64,000 bases of DNA from Thermoanaerobaculia bacterium (GTDB taxonomy: Bacteria > Acidobacteriota > Thermoanaerobaculia > Multivoradales > UBA5704), in NCBI GenBank assembly GCA_035490435.1, contig DATHEF010000027.1, positions 20,193 through 84,192 on the forward strand, written 5' to 3'. A program made the translations under genes and the position numbers. Of this stretch, positions 8,407 through 16,316 are shown piece by piece. Position 1 is the stretch's first letter. The number at the start of each line of letters is the position of its first letter. The notes under the pieces were generated by a model. It was not told where the DNA came from. It saw nothing but the letters and a program-made list of their open reading frames with translations, and made no database searches.

Positions 8407-9483
8407 ATGTTCTACCACGTCAAGGAATTGCAGTTCAACGCGCGGGTTTCGAAGCCGGATCCTCGTTTCGCGACCCTCCTGCTCGAGCAGTTTGGAGGTG
8501 GAAATGGCGAGCTCAAGGCCGCCATGCAGTATTTCGTACAAGCGTTCGGTTGCCGCCAGGCCTATCCCGACAAGTACGACCTGCTGATGGACATCGCCAC
8601 CGAGGAGTTCAGCCATCTCGAGATCGTCGGCGCCACGATCACCATGCTCCTCAACGGCATCAATGGCGAGCTCAAGAACACCGCCGAGCAGAGCGACCTC
8701 ATGCGCCTGCTCAAGGGGAAGGCGGCGAAGGAGGAGTACATCCACGACGCGATCATGAACCCGCACTTCCTCGTCCTTTCCGGCGGCGGACCGACGGTGA
8801 CCGACAGCCAGGGGGTGCCCTGGTCGGGCGCCTACGTCAACGCCAATGGCGACCTCACCGTGGACCTGCGCTCGAACATCGCGGCCGAGTCGCGGGCGAA
8901 GATCGTCTACGAGTACCTCCTCCACTTCACCGACGACCCCCACGTCCATGAGACGCTCCGCTTCCTGATGACCCGCGAAATCGCCCATTTCCAGATGTTC
9001 ACGGCGGCGCTGGAGACCATCCAGCCGAACTTCCCGCCGGGCGTACTGCAGGGGGATCCGCGCTACACCCACACCTACTTCAACATGTCGAACGGCGCCA
9101 GCGCGCGCGGGCCGTGGAACGAGGGCTCGGGCCCGTGGGGGCCGGGCGAGAGCTGGGAGTACATCGACGATCCGCTCCGCCACGTCGTCGAGACGCAGGG
9201 GCTGGTCGACGAGGAGATTCGCGGCACCGACGAGACGCCGGCGGACGCGACGAAGCTCGAGACCGAGCTCGGCGTCCTGCGGAGCGGAGAGGTCAAGTCC
9301 GCCCTTCCCAAGGGCGCCAACCAGTGGTCCAGCTACCCCCAGGATCAGCTCGCCAGCCCGGGGAGCACCCCGGTCGATCCCAACGCCAGCAAGAAGGCGG
9401 GCAAGAAGACCGCCGCCAAGGCCGCCGCGAAGACCGGCGGAAAGGCCAGCTCGAAGCCGGCATCGAGGCCCAGCCCAGCCTAA
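8407..9483 (+). CDS. Manganese catalase (Mn-containing, YdbD/KatN-like) with Lys/Ala-rich C-terminal tail
   Basis: MFYHVKELQF N-terminus and di-Mn ligand context (EEFSHLE, REIAHFQMF). AGGAG RBS 7 nt upstream of the ATG at 8407. The six-frame ORF start at 8377 is probably upstream of the true start. Confidence 0.85.
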   Translation: MFYHVKELQFNARVSKPDPRFATLLLEQFGGGNGELKAAMQYFVQAFGCRQAYPDKYDLLMDIATEEFSHLEIVGATITMLLNGINGELKNTAEQSDLMRLLKGKAAKEEYIHDAIMNPHFLVLSGGGPTVTDSQGVPWSGAYVNANGDLTVDLRSNIAAESRAKIVYEYLLHFTDDPHVHETLRFLMTREIAHFQMFTAALETIQPNFPPGVLQGDPRYTHTYFNMSNGASARGPWNEGSGPWGPGESWEYIDDPLRHVVETQGLVDEEIRGTDETPADATKLETELGVLRSGEVKSALPKGANQWSSYPQDQLASPGSTPVDPNASKKAGKKTAAKAAAKTGGKASSKPASRPSPA

Positions 9484-9490
9484 CGCCTGA

Positions 9491-9520
9491 GGGGCGGCCG
9501 CGCGCGGCCGCCCCGTTTCA
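9491..9520 (+). terminator. GC-rich hairpin downstream of the catalase gene
   Basis: GGGGCGGCCGCG/CGCGGCCGCCCC perfect stem followed by GTTTCA. The T-tract is weak. Confidence 0.45.
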
Positions 9521-9553
9521 TCCTGACTCCGAATTGATCACGGCTTCAAAATA

Positions 9554-10381
9554 ATGACTCCCGAGATCGAAGTTACCTACTTCACCGACCCGCTCTGTTC
9601 GTGGAGTTGGGCGTTCGAGGCCATCTGGCGCCGCCTGCGCTACGAGCTCCAGGGGCGGATCGCCTGGCGCTACGCGCTCGGGGGGATGATCCCGGACTGG
9701 AAGAGCTTCAATGATCCGCTCCACTCGGTTCACCGGCCGGCGCAGATGGGTCCGAGCTGGTACGAGGTACGGCACCTCACCGGCATGCCGATCGACGAGA
9801 TGATCTGGGTCGAGGACCCGCCGGCCTCCTCCTACCCCGCCTGTGTGGCGGTCAAGGCCGCCGGACGGCAGAGCACGGCCGTCGAGGAGGCCTACCTGCG
9901 CCGTCTGCGTGAAGCCGTCATGCTCGAGCGGCGCAACGTGGCCCGGCGCGAGGTGCTGACGGAGCTGTTCGAGGAGTTGGCCGGCAATCCTCTCCGATTC
10001 CGGCGCGATCTCGTGGGCGGCGAGGCGCTGGAGGCGTTCCGCGAGGATCTCAAGGATGCCGGCTATCGCAACATCGGACGCTTTCCCGCCTTCGTGCTGC
10101 GGGGGGCGACCGGCCGCGCCGTCCTCCTCGTCGGCTACCGCCCCTATGCGGTGTTCCGCGAGGCGATGGCTGCCGTGGCGCCGGACCTCGCGCCGTCACA
10201 GACCGCGGCCGACCCGATCGCCTACGCTCTGCACTGGAAATCGATAACCGCCGCCGAGGTCGCCGAAGCCGTCGGCCGGCCTGTGGACGAGGTCGTCCGC
10301 CACCTGGATGGAGCGGTGGCGGACGGAGGTCTCCTGCGTGAAGGCCGGATCTATCGCGGTCCGGTGAGAGTCCCAGCCTAG
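9554..10381 (+). CDS. DsbA-like thioredoxin-fold protein (CxxS variant)
   Basis: N-terminal YFTDPLCSWSW typical of DsbA/FrnE-like proteins, but with the second Cys replaced by Ser. The C-terminal ~60 aa look like a winged-helix. Confidence 0.6.
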   Translation: MTPEIEVTYFTDPLCSWSWAFEAIWRRLRYELQGRIAWRYALGGMIPDWKSFNDPLHSVHRPAQMGPSWYEVRHLTGMPIDEMIWVEDPPASSYPACVAVKAAGRQSTAVEEAYLRRLREAVMLERRNVARREVLTELFEELAGNPLRFRRDLVGGEALEAFREDLKDAGYRNIGRFPAFVLRGATGRAVLLVGYRPYAVFREAMAAVAPDLAPSQTAADPIAYALHWKSITAAEVAEAVGRPVDEVVRHLDGAVADGGLLREGRIYRGPVRVPA

Positions 10382-10417
10382 ACCAGCAAAGTGTTCAGAC
10401 TGAAGGCTGGATCGTTT

Positions 10418-11674
10418 TTAGTTTTTCCTGGCCTTGATCAGGACCGCGATCTCGTCGGGGCGGGGGTTCACGAAGTCGAGGCGGACACGGCCGTCGGCGG
10501 TCGTGGAGACCATGGCGGGGATCGAGCTCGCGGTCAGCGACCAGCCGGCCGGCAGGACCACCGCGTTGCGGGGGCGGCCGAGCGTGCGGTCGAACACCAG
10601 CTCGTCCCCCTCCAGCCGGTAGCTCTTGGGATCGGTGTAGGTCTCGGCGATGCGGAGACGGACCGACCCACCCGGCTGAACCGCGGGGAAGCGGATGACC
10701 ACCACCTCGGAGCCGGCCGGGATCTCCCCTGCCGTTTCCCCTGGATGAAGCCCCGCCTTCAGGAGCGCCTCCCCGGTCTGGGTCTCCACCGGGAGGGTCT
10801 CGCCGGTGTCGAGGACGCGCGCCGACGGCCTGGAAGCCGCGCTCCCCGTGCGCACGACGTTGAGGTAGCGGTCCACGCCGGGCCGCGACTCCGTGTAGTC
10901 GTGGTAGAGGTCGAAGGCGTGCGTCTCGGGCGGCTGCAGGAAATAGACGATGGTCCGGTCCTGATGCGCCCGCTCGGAAAGCCGCTCCTCCTCGGGCGCT
11001 CCCGACTGCCGCGCGGCCGCCGACCGCCGCGCCTCGATCGTCACCGGCAGCGCCTCCGGGCCGGTGTGCATCAGGCTCACCCGCAGGCGGCCGTCCGGCT
11101 GGGTGAGGATCTGGGCCGGCACGTTGCACGCGAGCACCTCGTATCCCGCCGGCATCACGATGGCGTTGCGGCGGATGCCCAGCGTGCGGGTGAAGACGAT
11201 CCGGTCCGCCCCTTGCCGCAGATAGCTCTTCGGGTCCTGGTAGGTCTTCTCGATCAGCAGCCGGATGCCGCCCTCCGGCGGGACCGGATGCGGCAGGTGG
11301 ATCCGGATGTAGTGAGTATCCAGGTCGGCGCCGGGGAGGCCGCTGCGCCGGGCCTCCCCGCCGCTCACCTCCTCGAACTGAAGCGGCCGGGAGGTCGCCC
11401 GGTCGCGCACCGACTCGCCGCTCGCCGCGCTCCCCTTGCGGATCGGATTGAAGAAGACCTTCGCGCCGGGATCGATCGCGGTGACCTCGTAGAGGATGTG
11501 GAACGAGGCCGACTCCGGATCGAGCAGCTCATAGAGCGAGTACTCGTCGGTCTCGAGCGGGCGCTCCTCCGTCCGTGCCTGCTGAGGAGCGGCGGGCGGC
11601 GTCACGGGACGCGGCGGCTGAGCGCAGGCCGCGAGCAGGGGGAGGATCAGGACGAGAGATTCCAGGCGTCGCAT
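10418..11674 (-). CDS. Lipoprotein with internally duplicated domain (hypothetical)
   Basis: Lipobox LLAAC. Two homologous ~110-aa halves (IRLLIEKTYQDPKSYLRQGADRIVFTRTLGIRRNAIVMPAGYEVL // VRLRIAETYTDPKSYRLEGDELVFDRTLGRPRNAVVLPAGWSL). Confidence 0.6.
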   Translation of the reverse strand: MRRLESLVLILPLLAACAQPPRPVTPPAAPQQARTEERPLETDEYSLYELLDPESASFHILYEVTAIDPGAKVFFNPIRKGSAASGESVRDRATSRPLQFEEVSGGEARRSGLPGADLDTHYIRIHLPHPVPPEGGIRLLIEKTYQDPKSYLRQGADRIVFTRTLGIRRNAIVMPAGYEVLACNVPAQILTQPDGRLRVSLMHTGPEALPVTIEARRSAAARQSGAPEEERLSERAHQDRTIVYFLQPPETHAFDLYHDYTESRPGVDRYLNVVRTGSAASRPSARVLDTGETLPVETQTGEALLKAGLHPGETAGEIPAGSEVVVIRFPAVQPGGSVRLRIAETYTDPKSYRLEGDELVFDRTLGRPRNAVVLPAGWSLTASSIPAMVSTTADGRVRLDFVNPRPDEIAVLIKARKN

Positions 11675-11694
11675 CGCGGAATCATAGCCTCCCG

Positions 11695-12057
11695 TCAGCG
11701 GCGCGCGAGCATCACCAGCGCGAGGGCGATCAGCCCCGGGACCGCCTGCACCCAGAGGATCTTCCGGCTGGCAGTCAACGCTCCGAAGACGCCGGCGATG
11801 ATCACGCAGAGCAGAAAGAAGATCTTGATCGAGAGACCGGTCCCGCCCAGGCTCAGCCCCCAGAGCAGGCCCGCCGCCAGGAAACCGTTGTAGAGCCCCT
11901 GATTCGCGGCCAGGGGCGCCGTCGCCTCCGCGAGCTCGGGGCGCAGGCCGAAGGCCCGGCGGCCGAGCGGCTTTTTCCAGAAGAACATCTCCAGCACGAG
12001 GATGTAGACGTGAATGGCGGCAATAAAAACCACGGCGACGTCGGCGGCGATCTTCAT
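11695..12057 (-). CDS. DUF1304 family membrane protein
   Basis: 120 aa with 4 TM helices. ILVLEMFFW...LYNGFLAAGLLWGL motif typical of DUF1304. Confidence 0.6.
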   Translation of the reverse strand: MKIAADVAVVFIAAIHVYILVLEMFFWKKPLGRRAFGLRPELAEATAPLAANQGLYNGFLAAGLLWGLSLGGTGLSIKIFFLLCVIIAGVFGALTASRKILWVQAVPGLIALALVMLARR

Positions 12058-12081
12058 CGGTTTCCTTTCAGGACGAGGGTG

Positions 12082-13752
12082 CTACCGCGGTTCCCGGGCG
12101 CTTTTCGCCAGCCCGGCGATGACGTCGGTCAGCTCGTGGGGATCGACCGGCTTGGCGAGATGGACCTGGAAACCGGCGGTGAGGGCCCGCCGGCGGTCCT
12201 CCGGGCTGGCGAACGCGGTCACCGCCACGGCCGGGAGGTCCTCGGCGTCGTAGCCGAGGGCGCGGATCTCGCGGATCAGGTCGTAGCCGTCGCGCTCGGG
12301 CATGCCGATGTCGCTCACCAGGACGTCGGGGGTGAAATCCGCGAGCAGCCCGAGGGCCTGATTGACGGAGGCGGCCGCGGCCATCTCCGCCCCCTGCAGG
12401 GACAGCAGCTCGGTGAGGGCGTCGAGAGTCGCCTCGTCGTCTTCCACCGCCAGCACGCGCAGGCCGGCGAGCGGCGCTCCTCTCGCGCGGCGGCCGGCCG
12501 GCTCGGCTGCGGCGGCCTCGACGACGGGGTGCTCCTTCGTCGCCTGCTGGGGCTGCACGAGCGGCAGGGTGACGGTGAACGTGGCGCCCTCCCCCTTGCC
12601 GGGGCTGGCCGCCGAGATGGCGCCGCCGTGCAACTCGACGAGCTGGCGCACGATCGCCAGGCCGAGGCCCAGCCCCCCCTGCCGCCGGGTCGTCGAGGCA
12701 TCCGCCTGCCAGAAGAAGTCGAAGATGTGGGGCAGCATCTCAGGCTCGATCCCCTCGCCGCCGTCGCGTACCTGGATGCGGACCTCGCCGCTCCCCTCCT
12801 CCAGGCGGATCTCCACCCAGCCGCCCCGCGGCGTGAACTTGACGGCGTTGCCCAACAGGTTGACCACGATCTGCTCCAGGCGGCCGGGATCGGCGAGCAC
12901 CGGGCCGGCGCCCGGATCGAGGAGCCGCTCGATGCGGACCTCCCGGGCCTCGGCGGCCGGGCGTACGGAGGCGAGGGCGGCCTCGACGATCTCCACGAGA
13001 TAAGCGGGGCGCATCTCGAGCCGCAGCTTGCCGGAGATCACGCGCGAGATGTCGAGCAGGTCGCCGATGAGCTGGGCCTGGAGCCTGGCGTTGCGTTCGA
13101 TCACGTCGAGGGCGCGCGATTTCCCGGCGGCGTCGAGCTGGCCGGAGCGCAGGATCTGCGTCCAGCCAGTGATGGCGTGGACCGGTGTGCGCAGCTCGTG
13201 CGAGAGGGTGGCGAGGAACTGGTCCTTCATCTGGTTCGCCGTTTCGGCCTCGGCGCGCGCCCGCTCGGCGTCCTCCTTGGCGGCCCGCAGGCTCTCCTCG
13301 GTCCGCTTGAGCTCGGAGATGTCGGTCGCCGAGACCGAGATCCCGACTTCGGTGGGCTCGACGACGACCCGGAACCAGCGCTCGCTGATGTAGCTCCGCT
13401 GGTCGAACTGGCTGGCCACCCCCTCCTCCATCGCCCGGCGGTAGTGGCCGTCCATCTCGGTGCCCGCCAGCTCCGGGTAGGCCTCCCAGAGGGAGCGCCC
13501 GATGATCTGCGAGGCCGGCCCGCGGCCGTAGCGCTCGATGAATTTCCGGTTGACGTAGAGAAACCGCCAGTCGCGGTCGACGGCGAAGAAGGAGCCGCTG
13601 ATGTTCTCGAGGGCGCGCAGCCGCAGGAAGTCCGCCGCTTCCGGCTGGCTCCTGGCGCCCGCCGCCTGAACCGAGGCCCGGTACAGGAGGTACGCCAGCA
13701 GGACGATCACCCCCATCAGCAGCGCTACGATCGCGATCCCGGCGGCCGGCAT
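12082..13752 (-). CDS. PAS-domain hybrid sensor histidine kinase / response regulator
   Basis: TM anchor, PAS, H-box LSHELRTPVHAI, G-boxes, and a REC domain (LAVEDDEAT...DVLVSDIGMPERDG...AKP). Confidence 0.9.
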   Translation of the reverse strand: MPAAGIAIVALLMGVIVLLAYLLYRASVQAAGARSQPEAADFLRLRALENISGSFFAVDRDWRFLYVNRKFIERYGRGPASQIIGRSLWEAYPELAGTEMDGHYRRAMEEGVASQFDQRSYISERWFRVVVEPTEVGISVSATDISELKRTEESLRAAKEDAERARAEAETANQMKDQFLATLSHELRTPVHAITGWTQILRSGQLDAAGKSRALDVIERNARLQAQLIGDLLDISRVISGKLRLEMRPAYLVEIVEAALASVRPAAEAREVRIERLLDPGAGPVLADPGRLEQIVVNLLGNAVKFTPRGGWVEIRLEEGSGEVRIQVRDGGEGIEPEMLPHIFDFFWQADASTTRRQGGLGLGLAIVRQLVELHGGAISAASPGKGEGATFTVTLPLVQPQQATKEHPVVEAAAAEPAGRRARGAPLAGLRVLAVEDDEATLDALTELLSLQGAEMAAAASVNQALGLLADFTPDVLVSDIGMPERDGYDLIREIRALGYDAEDLPAVAVTAFASPEDRRRALTAGFQVHLAKPVDPHELTDVIAGLAKSAREPR

Positions 13753-13754
13753 CT

Positions 13755-16238
13755 CTACGCCTCGCGGGCCACTTCGCGCAGGGTGGCCTGCAGCGCGGGC
13801 AGGTCCACCGGCTTGGTCAGGTGCTTGAGGAAGCCGGCCTCCAGGCTCTGCCGGATGTCTTCCTCCATGCCGTAGCCGGAGAGGGCGATGCCGCGCAGGC
13901 CGTGGCGCGCCGACAGCTCGCGCATCAGGTCGAGGCCGCTGCCGTCCGGCAAGCCGAGGTCGCTAATGACGAAGTCGAAGGCGCCGTCCGCGCCCGCCGC
14001 CGTGATCAGCGCCTCGGCGACGGAGCCCGCAGTGGTGACCTGGTGCCCGTTCAGGGAGAGCAGGTCGGCCATCGCCTCGGCGGTATCGGCGTGATCCTCG
14101 ACCAGGAGAATCTTCAGATTTTGGATTTTGGATTTTGGATTTTGGATTTCCAGCCCTGGTTCGTTGGCGGCGGGGATCGCGACGGCTGTGCGATCGCAAG
14201 GAAGGGAGAGGGTGAAGGCAGCGCCCTGCCCCAGCCCCGCGCTCGCGGCGGTGAGCGCGCCGCCGTGCATCTCGGCGATCGCCTTGCTGATGGCGAGCCC
14301 GAGTCCCAGCCCGCCGGTCCGGCGCGGGCTGCGTGCCCGCCCCTGCTCGAAGGCGTCGAAGATGTGAGGAATCGCCGCCGGATCGATGCCGATGCCGGAG
14401 TCGGCGACCTGGATCAGCAGGCTTCCCGGCTCGGACCACGACCGCACGGTGATTGCGCCGCCGACCGGCGTGAACTTGACGGCGTTGCTGAGCAGGTTCC
14501 AGAGCACCTGGGTCAGCCGCGGGGGGTCGGCCCAGAGGCGATGGTCCTCGGCCGCCAGCTCCGCGATCACCCGCAGGCGGCCGGCGGCGGCTTCCCGCTC
14601 GCAGCAGATCTCGATCGTGTGCTCGATGACCTTGCGGGCGTCGGTGACCTCCAGGCGCAGGTCGAGCTTGCCGCGGGTGATGCGGGTGAGGTCGAGCAGG
14701 TCGTCGATCAGCCGCGCCTCGAGCTCGACGTTGCGCCGGATCATGTCCAGCGGCCGGCGCAGCTCGGCGGGGAGGCGCTCGTCCCCGGCGAGCCCGGAGG
14801 CGAGGAGCAGCACGGGGGTCAGCGGCGTGCGCAGCTCGTGGCTGAGAGTGGCGAGGAAGTGATCCTTCGCCTCGTTGGCGGCCTCGGCCTCGGCGCGCGC
14901 CTCGCTCTCGCGGTCGAGCAGCCGGGCGCGCTCCTCCTCGGCCTGATGGCGGTCGGTGACGTCGAGCATGGCCCCCAGCATCCGCACGGGAGTCCCTGAT
15001 TCGTCATGGAACCCCCGGCCGTTGGTGAGGATCCAGCGCGCTTCGCCGTCCGGCCGGACGATCCGGAACTCGAGCTCGTAGCCTTCGCGGCTTTCAAGGG
15101 CCTGCCGGATCGCCTCCCCGACCCGCCCGGCGTCCTCGGGGTGGATGACGGCGGTGAAGTCCTCGATGCGCCCCTTGAAGTCCGCCGGCGAGATGCCGTG
15201 AATCGCGAAGACCTCCTCCGACCAGTTCAGGCGCTGCCTCGCGATGTCCCAGTCCCAGACGCCGCAGCGGCCGGCGTCGAGGGCCAGGCGCAGGCTCTCC
15301 TCGCTCCGCCGGGCCCCTTCCTCGGCCTGCCGGCGCTCGGCGAATACCGCGGCGAGGAGCATCGAGGTCACCACCGACACGGCCGTATAGCTGTAGAGAT
15401 ACATCAGCCGCTCCTCCACCGTGCCGAGCGCGAAGGGGGCCAAGCCCCTGGCCGTCGCCCAAAAGGCAATCACGACCGCCAGAAACGTCGCGATCGCCGC
15501 TCCCCGGGGACCGAACCGCAGGGCCGCCCAGACGAGGAACGGGAAGAGGGTGAAGGCGAGCGGCGGATGGAGGACCGGGTTGGCGCTCCAGGAGCTCAGC
15601 GTCAGCGCGCCGGCGAGGAACAGGCAGAACCCCAGCGCCGCCGCTTCGACGAGACGCTCCCGGCGCGCCGGCCGGAAAGGGCGCGCGAAGCCGGTCAGCA
15701 GCACCGGCGCCACCAGCAGGACGCCCATGGCGTCGCCCAGCCACCAGGAGAACGCGGACTGGAGCACGCGCGCCGAGGGCACCCGCCAGGCGAGGTTGAG
15801 GGCGGCGACCCCGACGACGGCGCTGATCAGCGGCGCGACCACCACCCCGAGCGTCAGCAGGGCGAGGATGTCGCGCACCCGCTTCAGGCGGTTGCGGAAG
15901 CCCAGCCGGCGCAGCAGCCACCCTCCCGCGAGCGCCCCCAGGGTATTGCCTGCCGCGATCACCGTCGCCGCGACCGGCGGCGTTCCGGTCGAGAAGCTCA
16001 CCAGCAGTGAGCCGAGGAAGATGGCGGGCCACACCCAGGCGCCGCAGAGGAGCACGGCCGCCAGGGCGATCCCGGTGGGGGGCCAGAGCAGGGTCATCCT
16101 CTGCTGGACGAGCGGCACCAGCAGCCCGATCTTGCCGCCGGCGAAGCAGAGGGTGGCGATGAGGACGAGGACGGCCACGCGCTGACCGGGGCTCAGATCG
16201 CGAGCGCCGAACCGCGCGCCGTACAGGTCTTCATTCAT
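13755..16238 (-). CDS. MASE1-PAS hybrid sensor histidine kinase / response regulator
   Basis: ~300-aa polytopic N-terminal MASE1-like domain, PAS (WDWDIARQRLNWSEEVF), H-box LSHELRTPLTPV, HATPase, and REC (LLVEDHADT...DFVISDLGLPDGSG...TKP). A 4-bp gap to the downstream kinase suggests an operon. Confidence 0.85.
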   Translation of the reverse strand: MNEDLYGARFGARDLSPGQRVAVLVLIATLCFAGGKIGLLVPLVQQRMTLLWPPTGIALAAVLLCGAWVWPAIFLGSLLVSFSTGTPPVAATVIAAGNTLGALAGGWLLRRLGFRNRLKRVRDILALLTLGVVVAPLISAVVGVAALNLAWRVPSARVLQSAFSWWLGDAMGVLLVAPVLLTGFARPFRPARRERLVEAAALGFCLFLAGALTLSSWSANPVLHPPLAFTLFPFLVWAALRFGPRGAAIATFLAVVIAFWATARGLAPFALGTVEERLMYLYSYTAVSVVTSMLLAAVFAERRQAEEGARRSEESLRLALDAGRCGVWDWDIARQRLNWSEEVFAIHGISPADFKGRIEDFTAVIHPEDAGRVGEAIRQALESREGYELEFRIVRPDGEARWILTNGRGFHDESGTPVRMLGAMLDVTDRHQAEEERARLLDRESEARAEAEAANEAKDHFLATLSHELRTPLTPVLLLASGLAGDERLPAELRRPLDMIRRNVELEARLIDDLLDLTRITRGKLDLRLEVTDARKVIEHTIEICCEREAAAGRLRVIAELAAEDHRLWADPPRLTQVLWNLLSNAVKFTPVGGAITVRSWSEPGSLLIQVADSGIGIDPAAIPHIFDAFEQGRARSPRRTGGLGLGLAISKAIAEMHGGALTAASAGLGQGAAFTLSLPCDRTAVAIPAANEPGLEIQNPKSKIQNLKILLVEDHADTAEAMADLLSLNGHQVTTAGSVAEALITAAGADGAFDFVISDLGLPDGSGLDLMRELSARHGLRGIALSGYGMEEDIRQSLEAGFLKHLTKPVDLPALQATLREVAREA
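14117..14151. repeat. 7-bp microsatellite (GATTTTG x4 + GATTTCC) inside the kinase/receiver linker of the MASE1 hybrid HK
   Basis: Read directly. An AT-rich heptamer array in a 70% GC gene, encoding IQNPKSKIQNLKI on the minus strand. Confidence 0.9.
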
Positions 16239-16316
16239 GACGGTACAATCTCATCCATGCCCTACGCAGGGGAAGGGGGAGCTGCTGGCCCTGGAACGCC
16301 CCTGAGCCCCGCCTCA

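Noticed and set aside
10391-11893. 500-aa plus-strand ORF
   Set aside because: Antisense to the duplicated-domain lipoprotein gene. The lipoprotein has a signal peptide, a lipobox and an internal repeat that make the minus-strand reading the real one.
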